The position numbers and the translations under genes were made by a program. Below are positions 1 to 14,946 of a DNA stretch of 64,000 nt, piece after piece. Within the stretch, counting starts at the first letter, position 1. Each line of letters starts with the position of its first letter. The DNA is taken from contig CM022677.1 of assembly GCA_012295275.1 (NCBI GenBank), forward strand, positions 16,678,001 to 16,742,000. The letters are read 5' to 3'. The notes beneath the pieces were generated by a model that was given only the letters and a program-made list of their open reading frames with translations, was not told the origin of the DNA and did not search any database. The stretch is from Chrysomallon squamiferum. Taxonomy: Eukaryota > Animalia > Mollusca.

Positions 1-1446
1 ACCTGTACTATTACGTATGCAAGCAATGAGTTTATTATTAGAATTTAAAAAAAAGAAAGAAAAATGTCCACGCTAATATATGTATTTTTAAATTCATTCT
101 TTTTTCTTTTCTGCTCGAACGGCGTAATATTAAAAGTTGCTATTTCATAAGCACTAAGAAAAACATCTTCAGATATAATATTATAATTATTAGTAAAGTC
201 GACATTAAACATTTAAAAAATAAAAGTATAAAATATATATAATTCTTTTTTTAATATGTATGTATATATGTATGTATGTATGTATGTTATATATGTATAA
301 TATCAAAATGGTGATCAAATATACATCAGGAATTAGGGAATTTGAAAATATTATTTAAGTTACGTTTTCGTCTGTCACAGTGTTGGTACGTTGATCATAT
401 TATGGAGTTTATCAGATTATAATTTTTCTTTCTTCATCTTCTACTTTTTCTGCTTGTTGTTCGTCATCTTCTTCTTTGTCTTTGCTACAGTCTTTAAATT
501 AAATAGTTTGGTTCAACGAATGTCATTTAGTATATGAGTTACTTTGTGAGATTTTTAATTTAAATTTAATTTCGCGAACATCACTTTCATTACTATTGTT
601 TGGAACGGGCTGATGAAACATAATTATAAGCTTCCATAGTATTAACAATACAAGAGAGGATCGTACATATATAACATAATATTCCGAGTCATTAAGAGCA
701 GTCCGACAGTTAATCCGACAACGAGTTGTTCGGTTACTCGGAGTCTGAATTTGCGAGGCACTAACTGTAGGATTTAATTTGCCTCTACCTACCATTCTTA
801 GTATTGTGTGCCTGTAGAATGCACTCGGAAATATAGACGTAACTGTCGCTCCTTGTCCTACAGAGACAAAATGGTCATCATACACAACGAAAGCAAATAA
901 ATAATGGTTATATTCGTCTGCTGAAGAACATTTTACTTTTGTTTTCTCTCGGTATTTAATTGGCGATCTTTCACATTTAGCGTTCGTATTTTAAGAAGAT
1001 AGTTTAAGGTGCGATTAAAACATTTTCCATCTAAGGAAGTACATTCATTCGGGCATTTAGATGAAATAAGAACGAAGAGTATATCTGCGTTAGACAGGTC
1101 AGCACATCAGATATTTGTGATCACATACGTCAGGCTGAAATAACAATATTAATTAAATAAATAAACAACGTAATAACATGGGAGTGTGAAAAAAATATAA
1201 TTAAATATATCTAAATAACTTCTGACTCGATTTTTAGCAAGTCGCCATAATAGAAGATCCGTTTGTGTCCCAGTTACTATATCACTCAGAATTATTGATT
1301 TCCCAGGTTTCTGTCGACACAGCTCTTTTTTAACGAAAATTATTATCATAAAAAAATTAAATATTATAAATTTATATGCTGAAATTAATGAAATATGCTT
1401 TGAAAATTTCTACGAAGCAACATATATATATACACTACGAACAAAG

Positions 1447-2928
1447 ATGTATATACAGTTTCTCCTGTTGCTGATGGCATCAGCCACAACGTCAGATCTT
1501 GTTTTTTCCACGTCACATCTGTACAATGCAATACATACCGAAGGAGTATTGGCAGTAGCTGTGAGAAAATTAACACACGAAATTAAAGGAGAAAAACGGA
1601 AAAAACTTAATGAAATTTCGGACAGCATGGAAAGACACAGACGGATCGCGTTAGAAGTTCCGATGCGTTATATAGGGAATCCGATCGGTGCGTACCTATT
1701 CGTTAAACGTTTTACTTTGGACTGGGATCGCGAAGTAGCGCCTCTACTGGTAGGAAACATATCTGAATTACAAGTGCAGAAAGTAAACGAAATACGTAAA
1801 AATCTTCCAAACTACGATGATCTGGAAGGAGTTGCAGCAGCTTTGTTTCGTGTTCAGGATATATACAAATTAAACGCGACGAAACTGGCAGAGGGTTTTA
1901 TCAATGAGCGATATGTTCATTCTTTGTCTGCAGACGACTGTTATCATCTAGGCCTTCTTGCCTACAAAATGACAGAATATGGCTATTTCAATATTTGGAT
2001 GGAAATTGCTTATACTAAAGAAAGAATTGAAAATGTCAGAAATATTTCTCTCTTCGAGCACTTTAATTATGCAATGTATGATAGAGAAATGAACGGAGAC
2101 ATAGAACCATCCGTTTTACTTACAGAGGAAAAGTTTAATTCTGATTCTTATCTTCGAAGAATATTGGTCCAGAAGATAAATTATACCAAACTGAATAGCT
2201 GTAGAGATCAAAGAAAAATTGAAAAGGCAGATATTGTTTATCATGCTCTCTGTCGTGGTGAAGAAACAGTCAAAAGTGTTGATAAACAAAGGTTGAAATG
2301 TCGTTATTATAGTAATAAAAATAATCCGTTCCTAGTTTTGCAGCCGGCTAAGCAGGAGGTTCTTCATCTCTCACCAACAATAATCGTCTATCACGATGTT
2401 GTCAGCGACAGAGAAATTGAGGAAATTAAATCCGTTTCTAACTTACGTTTAAGAAGATCACGCATCATTGTTGATGGTAATGCTATCAATTCTACGTACA
2501 GAATTAGCAAACATGTGTTTCTGTTTTCACACGAGACAAATGCAGATTTGAAAATCCAGAAAAGAGTCGAAGCGATAACAGGCCTGACCATGAAATACTC
2601 CGAACGTCTCCAAGTGGCAAACTATGGAATAGGTGGGTACTATGGTCTTCATTTGGATTCCATTGTTTCGGACGAGGGTGACCGAATCGTTACATGGTTA
2701 ACCTATATGAGTGACGTTGAATTAGGAGGTGCGACAGTTTTTCCGTATCTTGGCGTTAAAATGTTACCAGAAAAAGGTGCAGCACTATTTTGGTATAATT
2801 TATATAGGAATGGATACCCTAATGAGAAGACATTGCATGCAGCTTGTCCAGTTGTTCTTGGCTCTAAATGGGTGTCAACATATTGGATTCATGAAAGGAG
2901 CCGCTATTCCGATGACCATGTTCACTAA
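1447..2928 (+). CDS. P4HA: Intronless prolyl 4-hydroxylase alpha-like copy A (493 aa); C-terminus frameshifted, possibly a recent pseudogene
   Basis: Shows a signal peptide, P4Ha_N motifs (NPIGAYLFVKRFTLDW, DLEGVAAALFRVQDIY), the ALCRG...LKCRY Cys pair, QVANYGIGG, HLD, GGATVFP, HAACP and GSKW. Versus mirror copy H it has a 1-bp deletion at ~2902 (AGC C-G CTA vs AGC CAG CTA), so the end reads RYSDDHVH instead of QLFRRPCSLNPKE. It also has a TGA at 2913-2915 in the ancestral frame and a net 12-bp deletion after HLDS. Confidence 0.9.
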   Translation: MYIQFLLLLMASATTSDLVFSTSHLYNAIHTEGVLAVAVRKLTHEIKGEKRKKLNEISDSMERHRRIALEVPMRYIGNPIGAYLFVKRFTLDWDREVAPLLVGNISELQVQKVNEIRKNLPNYDDLEGVAAALFRVQDIYKLNATKLAEGFINERYVHSLSADDCYHLGLLAYKMTEYGYFNIWMEIAYTKERIENVRNISLFEHFNYAMYDREMNGDIEPSVLLTEEKFNSDSYLRRILVQKINYTKLNSCRDQRKIEKADIVYHALCRGEETVKSVDKQRLKCRYYSNKNNPFLVLQPAKQEVLHLSPTIIVYHDVVSDREIEEIKSVSNLRLRRSRIIVDGNAINSTYRISKHVFLFSHETNADLKIQKRVEAITGLTMKYSERLQVANYGIGGYYGLHLDSIVSDEGDRIVTWLTYMSDVELGGATVFPYLGVKMLPEKGAALFWYNLYRNGYPNEKTLHAACPVVLGSKWVSTYWIHERSRYSDDHVH

Positions 2929-3358
2929 ATCCAAAAGACTAAATAATGCAATTAATTTTAAATGTTCACTTAGATTCTGTTACTTTTTTTTTTTTTTGCT
3001 CATATAATGCTTTTTCCGGGTGTTTAATGATGAACTCATATTTAACTAAAAAATGATCTGTGTCTGGGTTTACTTAGTTTGTTTATTTCTCGAGATTTAT
3101 ATTCCAGTGATAATCACTGGAGAACTCATTTATCCAAAATGCATTCTTGTAAACAGAAGTCTTTCATTATATTTTTGGTCATATTTACCTTCATTTTTGA
3201 TCTGAAAGAAAAATGGAAGAGGTTTTCATATTGAAATTAATATTTTAGAAAATATAAAATAGGAACCGAAACCTGAATAAATGTCAATTTTATTTTCTTT
3301 GTTTAAAATATATATTGCTACCTTTTTATTTATTATGTATTTATTTGATTATTATAAT

Positions 3359-3447
<89 letters not shown>

Positions 3448-3847
3448 GTAGTAGTAGTAGTAGTAGTAGTTGTTGTAGTAGTTGTTGTTGTTTTTGTTGT
3501 AGTAGCAGCAGCAGCAGTAGTAGCAGTAGTAGCTGTATTATTTAGATATTTGGAAAATGATTTCTAATTACGATACACTTTATTTAATAATATTTACAAC
3601 TGCATAATTTACATCTACAGTGATAAAAAAACTTAAAGACTGCATTTAATAAAATTTACAACTGCAAACACGTGGCTTAATGCTTCCAACGAGAAACATT
3701 TTGAAAATATTTCTCGATCTAGGATGGAAATTTCGAAAATTGTTTATAGAGTAGTGGGAATCAAAAGTATACCATCAACAACATTCGAGAGAGGTCAAAG
3801 CAGATGCAAGTTATCGGAATTTAACGAGGCTACAAAATGTCAAAAAA

Positions 3848-3947
3848 CATATTGTAATAGAGGTACGGTACATATTGTAATAGAGGTACGGTACATATTG
3901 TAATAGAGGTACGGTACATATTGTAATAGAGGTACTGTACATATTGT
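3848..3947. repeat. 23-bp tandem repeat, about 4 copies (catattgtaatagaggtacggta)
   Basis: Directly visible; mirrored at ~57950-58050. Confidence 0.9.
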
Positions 3948-4107
3948 TTCAAACATTTTTTTTTAATACATTTTGTTGAAGTTAATATTATATTAATTAA
4001 AATGTGTTTAGAAGTTAAAATCTTTATTTTTGTATATGCAAATATGAGTTTCTTTAAAATATTTTATTTTATGGAACTGTATTTTTTTTTTTACCAGTCC
4101 CTCCAGA

Positions 4108-4198
<91 letters not shown>

Positions 4199-5278
4199 GT
4201 CTGTCTGTATCACCTCTTGGTTTAAAAATTATTATGTATTTAAGATTTTCGTTGGGCCATAGATTACAAATATTGAATAATTATATAAAAAAATGTCAGT
4301 ATCGTAATATTGATGGATATATCGATCTATTTATCTAAAATTAGAATTAAAAAACAAAAAGAACAAAAAAAAACAACCTCATTTAATTATTTTCGTTCTC
4401 AGACATAGTATGCACCGAACATTTTTACGATATTTGCAAGTTTTAAACTATAGTGTGTATCGTGCTTGTTAATTAAACTGCTGGATATTTATTTCAAACA
4501 ACATTAATTGAAACGACACTGAATAGGTATCAGTATTTTCTTTTTTTCTTTTAAATGCCAATAATCGCGTTGGACGAAGTCACTGAATTCGTATTAGTCA
4601 TTTTACTGTCCACTGCGTATGGAAACCAAACAAAAAAATATTATGTTAACCATGGAGGCTAAGAATTTAGGAATAGAAAAACCAGTTTTATCCGTTCTTG
4701 TAAATTCGCAGCTATTGTGTGAGATTAGCTACATTTTTGCAGTTATTTAGGTGAATTTTTTTCTTCTTGTGCTCTCTGGAATAGATGCCTATTAATATAT
4801 TACTATTTTATTTCTTCTGGCAGTCACGACTGTATGAGACAACAAAGTAAGGTCTTCTGTATTATTTAAATTTCTGTTCAAACCAACCTGTATCATGTTC
4901 GAATTCAGGTCTTAATATATAATGTAGCACTTTATTATGTTTGTTATATACGTCTCTGTAGTCGGTCCTATTATAATGCATTTATGATAACTACTTGTGA
5001 ATCTAAGCGAATAAAGAAGTAATTAAAAGGGGGGTGATAACGAAGAAATTTGACTAAGGTGTTATTGGGGAATCATAATTATTGCCATTAAAATATTAAT
5101 ATTCTGACATTTACCTTTTCTTCTTTTGTGTGTTCTTTTCTTTTCATTTTTTTTTTTTTTTTTTTTCTTTCTTTTTACTGTCTTTGGTTAAGGACACCTT
5201 TAAAAAAATTTACACACAGGATTTTATCTCTTTTTTTTGTTTCATTCTTAGCTATATTAAGCTATACTAATATATCTA

Positions 5279-5351
<73 letters not shown>

Positions 5352-5592
5352 GTTTATTTAAAAGTTAATTGCAACTGTACCTCCGTTAGAATTGAAATGG
5401 AAAGGAAAAATATTAATAAGTGAACAGTTAATGTCAGATCCTTGCCTAAGCCTGCTCTTAACAGAAAATGTGTATTCTAAGACATGAAAAACTAAATAAT
5501 GTAAAAAAACAACATTAGGGTAGGACCCAGTCTGTGATGATGTTCAGAAGACATAAATGAAGAAATATATAGGAATCGTTTCTCTCTCTCTC

Positions 5593-7142
<1,550 letters not shown>

Positions 7143-7381
7143 TTTCTTTCTGACGTATGAAACTTTCAATACTATTTTTAATTCATAGAAAAAATACTGA
7201 TCAAAATGTTGCTGATTACATTCGAGTAAATGCATATCAGGAGGTTCTGTAGTCTTTCTCTTTCTATGAGGTGATTCGGAAGTGTAATATTAGCAACAGC
7301 GAGTAAAGCCGACTGCATTTATATTTCCAAAGGAAAACGACACAAAGGTATATCAACAAAATTATTCGATAAGAGAGGACG

Positions 7382-8297
7382 ATGTATCAGCAATATCTTT
7401 TTTTATTCTTTTTATTATCACTTGTAAATTCAGAACTGTTCACATCCGTATCAGATCTGTACAGTTATGTACACGCAGCTAACGATTTGGCTGTAACATT
7501 AAGAAACTACGCACAGGCAAACAAAGATAGAAAAAACATAAGAAAATTAGCAGAACTTTCAGATAGCATGGAGAAGCATTGTTCGACAATAATCAATGAT
7601 CCATTACGCTATATAGCGAATCCTATAGGTGCATTTTTATTCATTAAACGTTTCGCTTTGGACTGGGAACGAGATGTAGCGGCTATGGTGACAGGAATTG
7701 CTGAAGACGAGAAAGATGTTGCAGAAATAAATGAAATCTGTAAAAGTCTTCCTACTTACGAAGATTTAAAAGGTGTAGCTGCAGGTCTGTTCCGTGTTCA
7801 AGATACATACAATTAAACGCTACAAGGTTGGCAGAGGGTTACGTAAATGAACTATATGTACATACGTTGTCTGCAGAAGACTGTTATGAATTAGGTCGCC
7901 TTGCGTACGAATTGAAAAAATACCGCTACGTATATATTTGGATGGAGATAAGTCTCGACAAACAAAGAACGGAAACAATCCAGAACGTGTCTCGGATAGA
8001 ACTTCTTGACTATGCAATACACGGTAGAGAATTAGTTGGACAGATAGAACAGGCATTGAGTCTCACAAATGAACAGTTAATGTTAGATCCTGGTCTAAAG
8101 CGTGGTCTGATCAGAAAGGATTCTAACACTTAGGAAATTAAAAAAGTCTGTACGTAGCAAATGTCAAAAACGCAGAACAACACATATAACTTATAAAGCT
8201 CTCTGTCGTAGTGAAAATGTAATTGAAGTACACCATAACGATAGTTTACGATGTCGGTTTTATAGCTACAAAAAACATCCACTCCTAATTCTTCAGT
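7382..8297 (+). pseudogene. P4HA: P4HA-like copy B: frameshifted, 3'-truncated mirror of copy G
   Basis: Near-identical to the N-terminal part of G. It has a 1-bp deletion at ~7810 (tacaatta vs tacaaatta) and a 14-bp deletion at ~8119. Homology stops at HPLLILQ (8297), where it joins an (AGT)n tract, so the catalytic domain is absent. Confidence 0.93.
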
Positions 8298-8793
8298 AGT
8301 AGTTGTAGTAGTAGTATAATAGTAGTAGTACTAGTAGTAGTAGCAGTAGTAGTAGCAGTAGGAGGAGTGAATATGAGTAGTAATTGTAATAATTGCAATA
8401 GTAATGATGCTAGAGATCATTACAAAGAGAAACTGATATAACACAGATAGTTGTAAAAATATGAAGAAATTGATTATATCGTTGTATTGTATTATTCATT
8501 CATTCTGGTTTTGACGAGTTAGTTTTGAAACTGGCTGTGAACTGTCGCGTTAGGTTTCAGGACTATTATGTTTCTCTGTTCTTTCGTAAAATCGATAACA
8601 TGGTCTAGGTGTCAGTTAAAAACTGCAAAATGCAATGTTAACATATAAAACCTGATTGGAAGCAAACCACCTTTTTTCGATGAAAAATTATCTATTATTT
8701 ATTTTTATATTAATTTTAAATTGTTTTTTTTTTTTTTTCAAATTCGACAGAAGCGAATTGATTTCGATTAATGTTGTTGCTGATAATTGTCCC

Positions 8794-8950
8794 AATGGAA
8801 ACTCAGTTGCCACGTGGTCAAACTACATCATCGATGCTACAGTGTTTCGTCATCTTGGTGTAAATATGCTGCCTAGAGAAAGGTGCAGATATTTTCCGGT
8901 ACAATTTATTCTGAAATGGTTTACCCAATGACATCACAATTTATGTTGCT
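8794..8950 (+). pseudogene. Degenerate relic of a P4HA catalytic domain
   Basis: Translates across a frameshift as NGNSVATWSNYIIDATVFRHLGVNMLP/EKGADIFRYNLF*NGLPNDITIYVA. This matches the family pattern GNRIATWLNY...ATVFPYLGV.ILP.KG...FWYNLYRNG.PN..T.HAA. Confidence 0.75.
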
Positions 8951-9031
8951 TATGCTGCAAGAAGAAAATTAAAAAATATGTATGACAAATATAAATGTAT
9001 ATAGATTATATGCACCAAACTGTGTGTGAAA

Positions 9032-9085
<54 letters not shown>

Positions 9086-10764
9086 TAATAATAGTAATAA
9101 TAATAATAATAACAACAATAATAATAATAATAGTAATAATAATAATAACAATAATAATAATAATAATAGTAATAACAATAATACTAATACTAATACTACT
9201 ACTACTACTACTAATAATAATTGATTCCCTTCAACATAAACACATCCAGATCGGTTTAACATCATATCAAGTGACTGTAGAAATAATGAATTTCAATTTA
9301 GACAGACTAGAAACATGTATTAAAATAAACATATTTCACAAACATTTAGAAAATTCAGTTAAAACCGTAACTGAATTAATGTCAGGCATTACAAACATTT
9401 AGATAAAAGATCTTACATTAGAAGTCAAGATGTAGAATTGATTATATATCATGATTCATGATGCTGTTAATTGTTATATTCACAATACCAGTTTTGGTGA
9501 TCATAACTATATATGTATTACAACTGATATCTCTGACGTATTTGGAAGGTAATTGCAAAAATCAAAGACATTTTTAGAGGATGTTTCTGAAGATCCTTTC
9601 AGTGATAGTAATGTTTTAGTGTGGTGGAATAACGTTCGGTGAGTTGTTAACGAGCAAAACCAATATGCAGAAAGAACAGTTTGAAGAATAATTTTAAAAC
9701 AAATGTTACGAACAGGTAATGTTGCCAATTCGATTATATCGTTTGTAACAAGACGTTCATAATAAACCGAAACTAAAGAAACTGTTTAATTCTGTGTTAT
9801 CTATCGTTAAATAAGGCCACGTGCACTTTGTATGCATTTATGAATGTATGTATGTATGTATATGAATATAGGTTTACATGTATGTATTATGTGTATATGT
9901 ACGATACGTTTTGTTCATGCTTAGACTGAGAAACACACGTTCAAATCCAGGGAATATGTCTGCTTAAGGCTTTTAAAGGTAAGTATATGTATAGGCATCG
10001 TTGTGGCATGCGTATACATACATACACGTATAGAAAGAAATATAAACATACAGATATTTTGAAAAACAAATAATGAAATAACAGCTATCTTCATAGTTCT
10101 TGATAATTCACTTTTGTCTTCAATATGCTTAACAACTTTGAAATACAAAGGACCAATTTCTAAGCGAGGAGATGTTTTTCTAGGCATTCCTTTTAATACA
10201 TCATAATAATTAATTCTTCAAGATTCATTTCTTTATTACAGTTGCTTCGTTGTTCTTCTTCTTCTAGATATCTGATTTTTAATTCTTTAACTTCCTTTCA
10301 TTTAGGCTATATTTGTCTAAAATTAAACAGAAATAGCTTATAGTTTTCTGAGAATCCAGAGCAAAGAGACACTCCAACAGCAAAACATCACAAACATACC
10401 AAACATATGCAAGGGACATACACATCATCCTAAACAGAGTAGAAAAACGCAGGATTAAGTAAATTTTATCACATACATTTTAATCAGCTGCTTTTTTTTT
10501 TTTTTTTTTCTCTAGTATATTCAGTATGTTACTGTATTATGACATGAAATTGTTATATATAAAATATACTGTATTTTTATTTCTGTTTAATTGCGTATGT
10601 ATGAATACACACACACACAGTCACAGACAGACAGACACGCAGCAGTTTAAAGACCTGCCTGTATCAAGTCTGACATTTCTTCTGAATCTATAACGTGATA
10701 CATAGTACATTTTTTTTTAAACCAATTACCTAGCTCTTCCTATCAATTGTAGCATACTTTCGAA

Positions 10765-12262
10765 GAGGAGCAATACGTTGTTATAGTGTTGATGTTACCG
10801 CCTGTCAATTCAGAACTCTTTACGTCCGTATCACATCTCTACAGCTCTGTAAAAGCAGGAAGAGATCTGGCAATGACATTGAGAAATATCATACGTGTGT
10901 ATAAAGAAGGAACGAAATTGGGAAACCTGGAAACAATATCAGATGAAATGGAACGACATTGTTTGAATACTCTAAAAGACCCGAATCATTGCATAGCCAG
11001 TCCCATTGGAGGTTTTTTGTTTATTAAACGTTTTACGTTGGACTGGGATCGTGATGTAAAACCTATTCTTGCGGAAACCGGTGTTCCTGAAAAAGATCTA
11101 CTGAAACTAAAGGAAATTCGTGCCTGCAGCTATGTTTCGTATTCAAGATACATACAGACTAAACGCTACAAGATTGGCAGAAAGTTTTATACATGAACGA
11201 TATATACATAGTTTTTCTGCAGAAGACTGTTATCAAATTAGGTCGCCTTGCGTACAAAATGAAAAAATACAACTATGTATATATTTGGATGAAGATAAGC
11301 CTTGGGAAAGTAACAAGAGAAAAAAATTGAGAACGTATCTCGCTTAGAACTTCTTGAATATGAAAAACACGGTAGAGAATTAGTAGGACAGATAGAACAA
11401 GTTTTAAATCTGACAAATGAACAGTTAGTGTTAGCTCCTGGGGTAGACCGTGCTCCGAACAGAAAGGAGAAACATTTAAATTCATCACCAGTCAGAAAAG
11501 AACAGAAAGAGATAAATTCCGGGTTTATAATAGACGCACTTTACAAGGCTCTCTGTTTGGTGACAAGGTTATGGAAATACGATACAGAGGGAGACTGAAA
11601 TGTCGTTACAACACCAACAAACATCACCCACTTTTAGTTCTTAAGCCTATTAAAGAGGGGTTCTTCACTTTTCACCGACCATTGTTCAGTACCATGATTT
11701 TATCAGTGATAGGGAAGTTGAAGAAATTAAAACAGCTTCTATGCCACTTTTAAAAGCCTCTACAGTGAAGCATTATGGGAAAGTCGAAACCTATGACATT
11801 AGAGTCAACAAGAATAAATGTCTATCAACAACTAACCTAGCGGGAAAGTCGAGAATTGAGAACAGAATTGAAGCAATCACAGGTCTTTTAATGAAACATT
11901 CAGAAGCTCTGCAGGTAGCAAACTACGGTATAGCTGGACACTTCTCGACTCATTATGACTATTACGACAAATTAGATGTTGATGATTTGTCCTCTGGAAA
12001 CAAAATTGCCACGTGGACAAACTAGCTGAGCGATGTTGAAGCCGGAGGTGCAACAGTTTTTCCTTATCTTGGTGTCAGAATATCGCCTGAGAAGGGTAAA
12101 GCTGTATTCTGGTATAATTTATATCGGAATGGTTTGCCTAATCCCACGACAACTCATGCAGCTTGTCCCGTTCTTACTGGTTCTAAATGGATATCAACAA
12201 ACTGGTTTCGAGAAACTGGACAGACATTCAAGCGGCCATGTTCGTGAAATCCAGAAGAATAA
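10765..12262 (+). pseudogene. P4HA: P4HA-like copy C: full-length pseudogene with several lesions
   Basis: Fragments in ORFs 10786, 11120, 11571 and 11741 plus the 3' end reconstruct a complete P4HA (HYD, THAACP, GSKW, KRPCS*NPEE*). The ancestral start ATG is lost. There is a deletion at ~11120, several frameshifts, a TAG at 12023-12025 and a TGA at 12245-12247. Confidence 0.92.
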
Positions 12263-12329
12263 GTGAAATGTTGCTAACATGCTAGAATAAGATTTTTTTT
12301 TTCATAAATTCAATGGTTATTTTAAATAT

Positions 12330-12423
12330 GTTCTTATTGGTTCGAAATGGATATGAACTTACTGGATTCGAGTAAAGGAACATCTGTTCAAGTGGCCATG
12401 CTCCACTGAGCCAAGAAGAATAA
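12330..12423 (+). pseudogene. Second P4HA C-terminal relic directly after copy C
   Basis: Reads VLIGSKWI*TYWIRVKEHLFKWPCSTEP. The relic and its downstream flank are homologous, in inverted orientation, to the end and 3' flank of copy E. Confidence 0.85.
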
Positions 12424-12818
12424 ATAAAATAATGCATAATGTTACTTTATTCAGATCCTGGAAAGAAATTCCATACGTAAAGCTATTTATTAAGATATGT
12501 CTACTTGGTATCTATGTACGTTTTGAAAATGTACGGATTAAAGTATTTCTTTCTGATTTTGTATATTTGTTTTAGTTTTGTTCGTTTTTCTTTGTTTCCT
12601 TCTTTCTTTCTTGTTTCAATTATTAGTGTTTTTCTTCGCATAAATGAAACGTGCCCATTCGTTTCAGTGAATACTTTACTCTCTTTGAATATATCATGTT
12701 TCTGTATTTGCTTATTTTATTCATGTTTGCTTGGAGGAGAAACCGTTGCGACCATGGAATGTGTCTGCTTTTACCTTTTAACCGTAAGCCAGTTTACACG
12801 TAAGAATGTGTACAGACA

Positions 12819-12862
<44 letters not shown>

Positions 12863-14144
12863 CCCACTAGGTGGCACTAATTCAAGGGACAATAGTCGTA
12901 AGTCCAGAAAAGTAAGTGAAATGTGTGTAACTTTCACTCCACACACATTCTCGAAGACTTCTTGTTTATAGATGGATTTATTGTTATTAATATTTGTGAA
13001 GATATTTTTACTAGGTATTTATGCAGAAATAAAAGAAACAAGGTGTTGTGATAAAGTCAAATCTGTATTAACATTGCTGGTTCAATATTATTTTTCCTTT
13101 TTGTTGTGTTTTGCCTAATTAGGAATTGTTGCAGTTGTTATGTCTCTAAACAGGACAATAAAGTTAAGAGAGAACACACCAATAATTAAGTTGTTAAAAG
13201 TGAGTCAAATTACCAGCAACATCATTAATCGAAATCAGTTCTCTTGTATCGAATTTAAAAATAAATAATAAATATCTTTTCATCTAAAAAAAAAGATGGT
13301 TTGATTCCTTGCAGATCTGCATGTTAACAATGCATTTTGAAGTTTTTAACTTTTACATCTGACACTTAGACCAAATTATCGATTTTAATAAAGAAAAGAG
13401 AAACATATATTCCTGAAACATAAAACGACAGTTGACACCCAGTTTCAGAAGTAACTCGACTTAACCAGAACGAATGCATAATACAATAAACGATATGATC
13501 AATTTCGTCAACTATCTATAATTATATCAGATTCTCTTGGCGATGATCTTTAACAGCCTTCAAATAACACTACTATTGCATTATTACAATTACTACTACA
13601 GATACTACTCTTTCTACTACTCCTGCTACAACAACAACAACTACTACTACTGCTACTACTAGTACTACTACTGCATTTGGATTTACTGCTAATAACAAAG
13701 GACGATAGCATGTTAAGAGGAGTTTTAATAAACGATAATGCGTAATTCCATAGTCAACCCCAATGAAAAGGAGAATATTAAAGAAAATGACCTCATATAT
13801 CACACACACAGACAGACACCAAAACGTTCTCGCAATCTTGAAGCGAAACGTGGATAGCCAGGTTTCTTCATAATGAACATATATTGATAATATTCTGTAA
13901 GTTCAGCATACTGCGCTGGCATATGAATTAATAATGTCCCCGGTCCAAGTTTTATTTCTAGTAATTAAAAACAATAAATGTCAGTCCAAGCTGCTGATTG
14001 CTTTAGTTAGACCAGCCTGTTTGTACTAAATCATTTTTAAAATTCTCCACGATTATATATTCATGATTGTCTGAATTCATACAAAATATAAAAATAAAAT
14101 AAAAATAAAATAAAATACTGCTATCTATACTACTCCTACTACTC

Positions 14145-14180
<36 letters not shown>

Positions 14181-14290
14181 TAATAATAATAATAATCAGA
14201 AGAAGAAGAAGAATAACGATAGCAAAAACAACAACAATAATAATAAAAATAAAATAAGTGTTTGAATTCACACAAACACACACACAAATG

Positions 14291-14324
<34 letters not shown>

Positions 14325-14946
14325 GATACAATAAATGATAATATTTATACTACTACTGCCACTACTATTACTACTACTACTACTACTAATAATAATAATA
14401 ATAAACAATATTCGTAATGCACTTAAAACTGTTTTAAATGGAGAGGCCAGTGGTAGTATAAATGAATATTTACAGTATTTCCTTTCCTGTTAACAGGATT
14501 TTTAAACCATTAAAATTAACTGTCATACCCAGAAGAAAATAAAATAAAATAAATAAAATAAAATATTCAAGATATTTGTTTACTCTGAAAACAATGAGCT
14601 AATTCCGTTCAGATTTATTGTTAGTTAAATATTGTCACTCAGACTTTGACCACATAGTCAGTTTTACAAAAGATAATACAAAACATAGCCATAAAACCTT
14701 CCACGACAGTTCATAGGCAGTTTCGACTAAACCAGAATGACTAATCTAACAACACTTCTTTCATGTATTTACAGAATGTTATTCAGTAACATGAATTACT
14801 ATTACCTTACCAATATTACTACTACTACTGCTACTCATGAAACAACCAACACATGCAAAAATACAAATAGATGTATACAGTAATACAATACACCCAAAAT
14901 AATATAATAATTTAAACAATGAAGTCACATTTCAGTGAGATATTAT

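Noticed and set aside
523-885. 120-aa ORF with a matching ORF at 61095-61367
   Set aside because: The apparent conservation is explained by the young inverted duplication. It has no recognisable domain and a non-ATG start.
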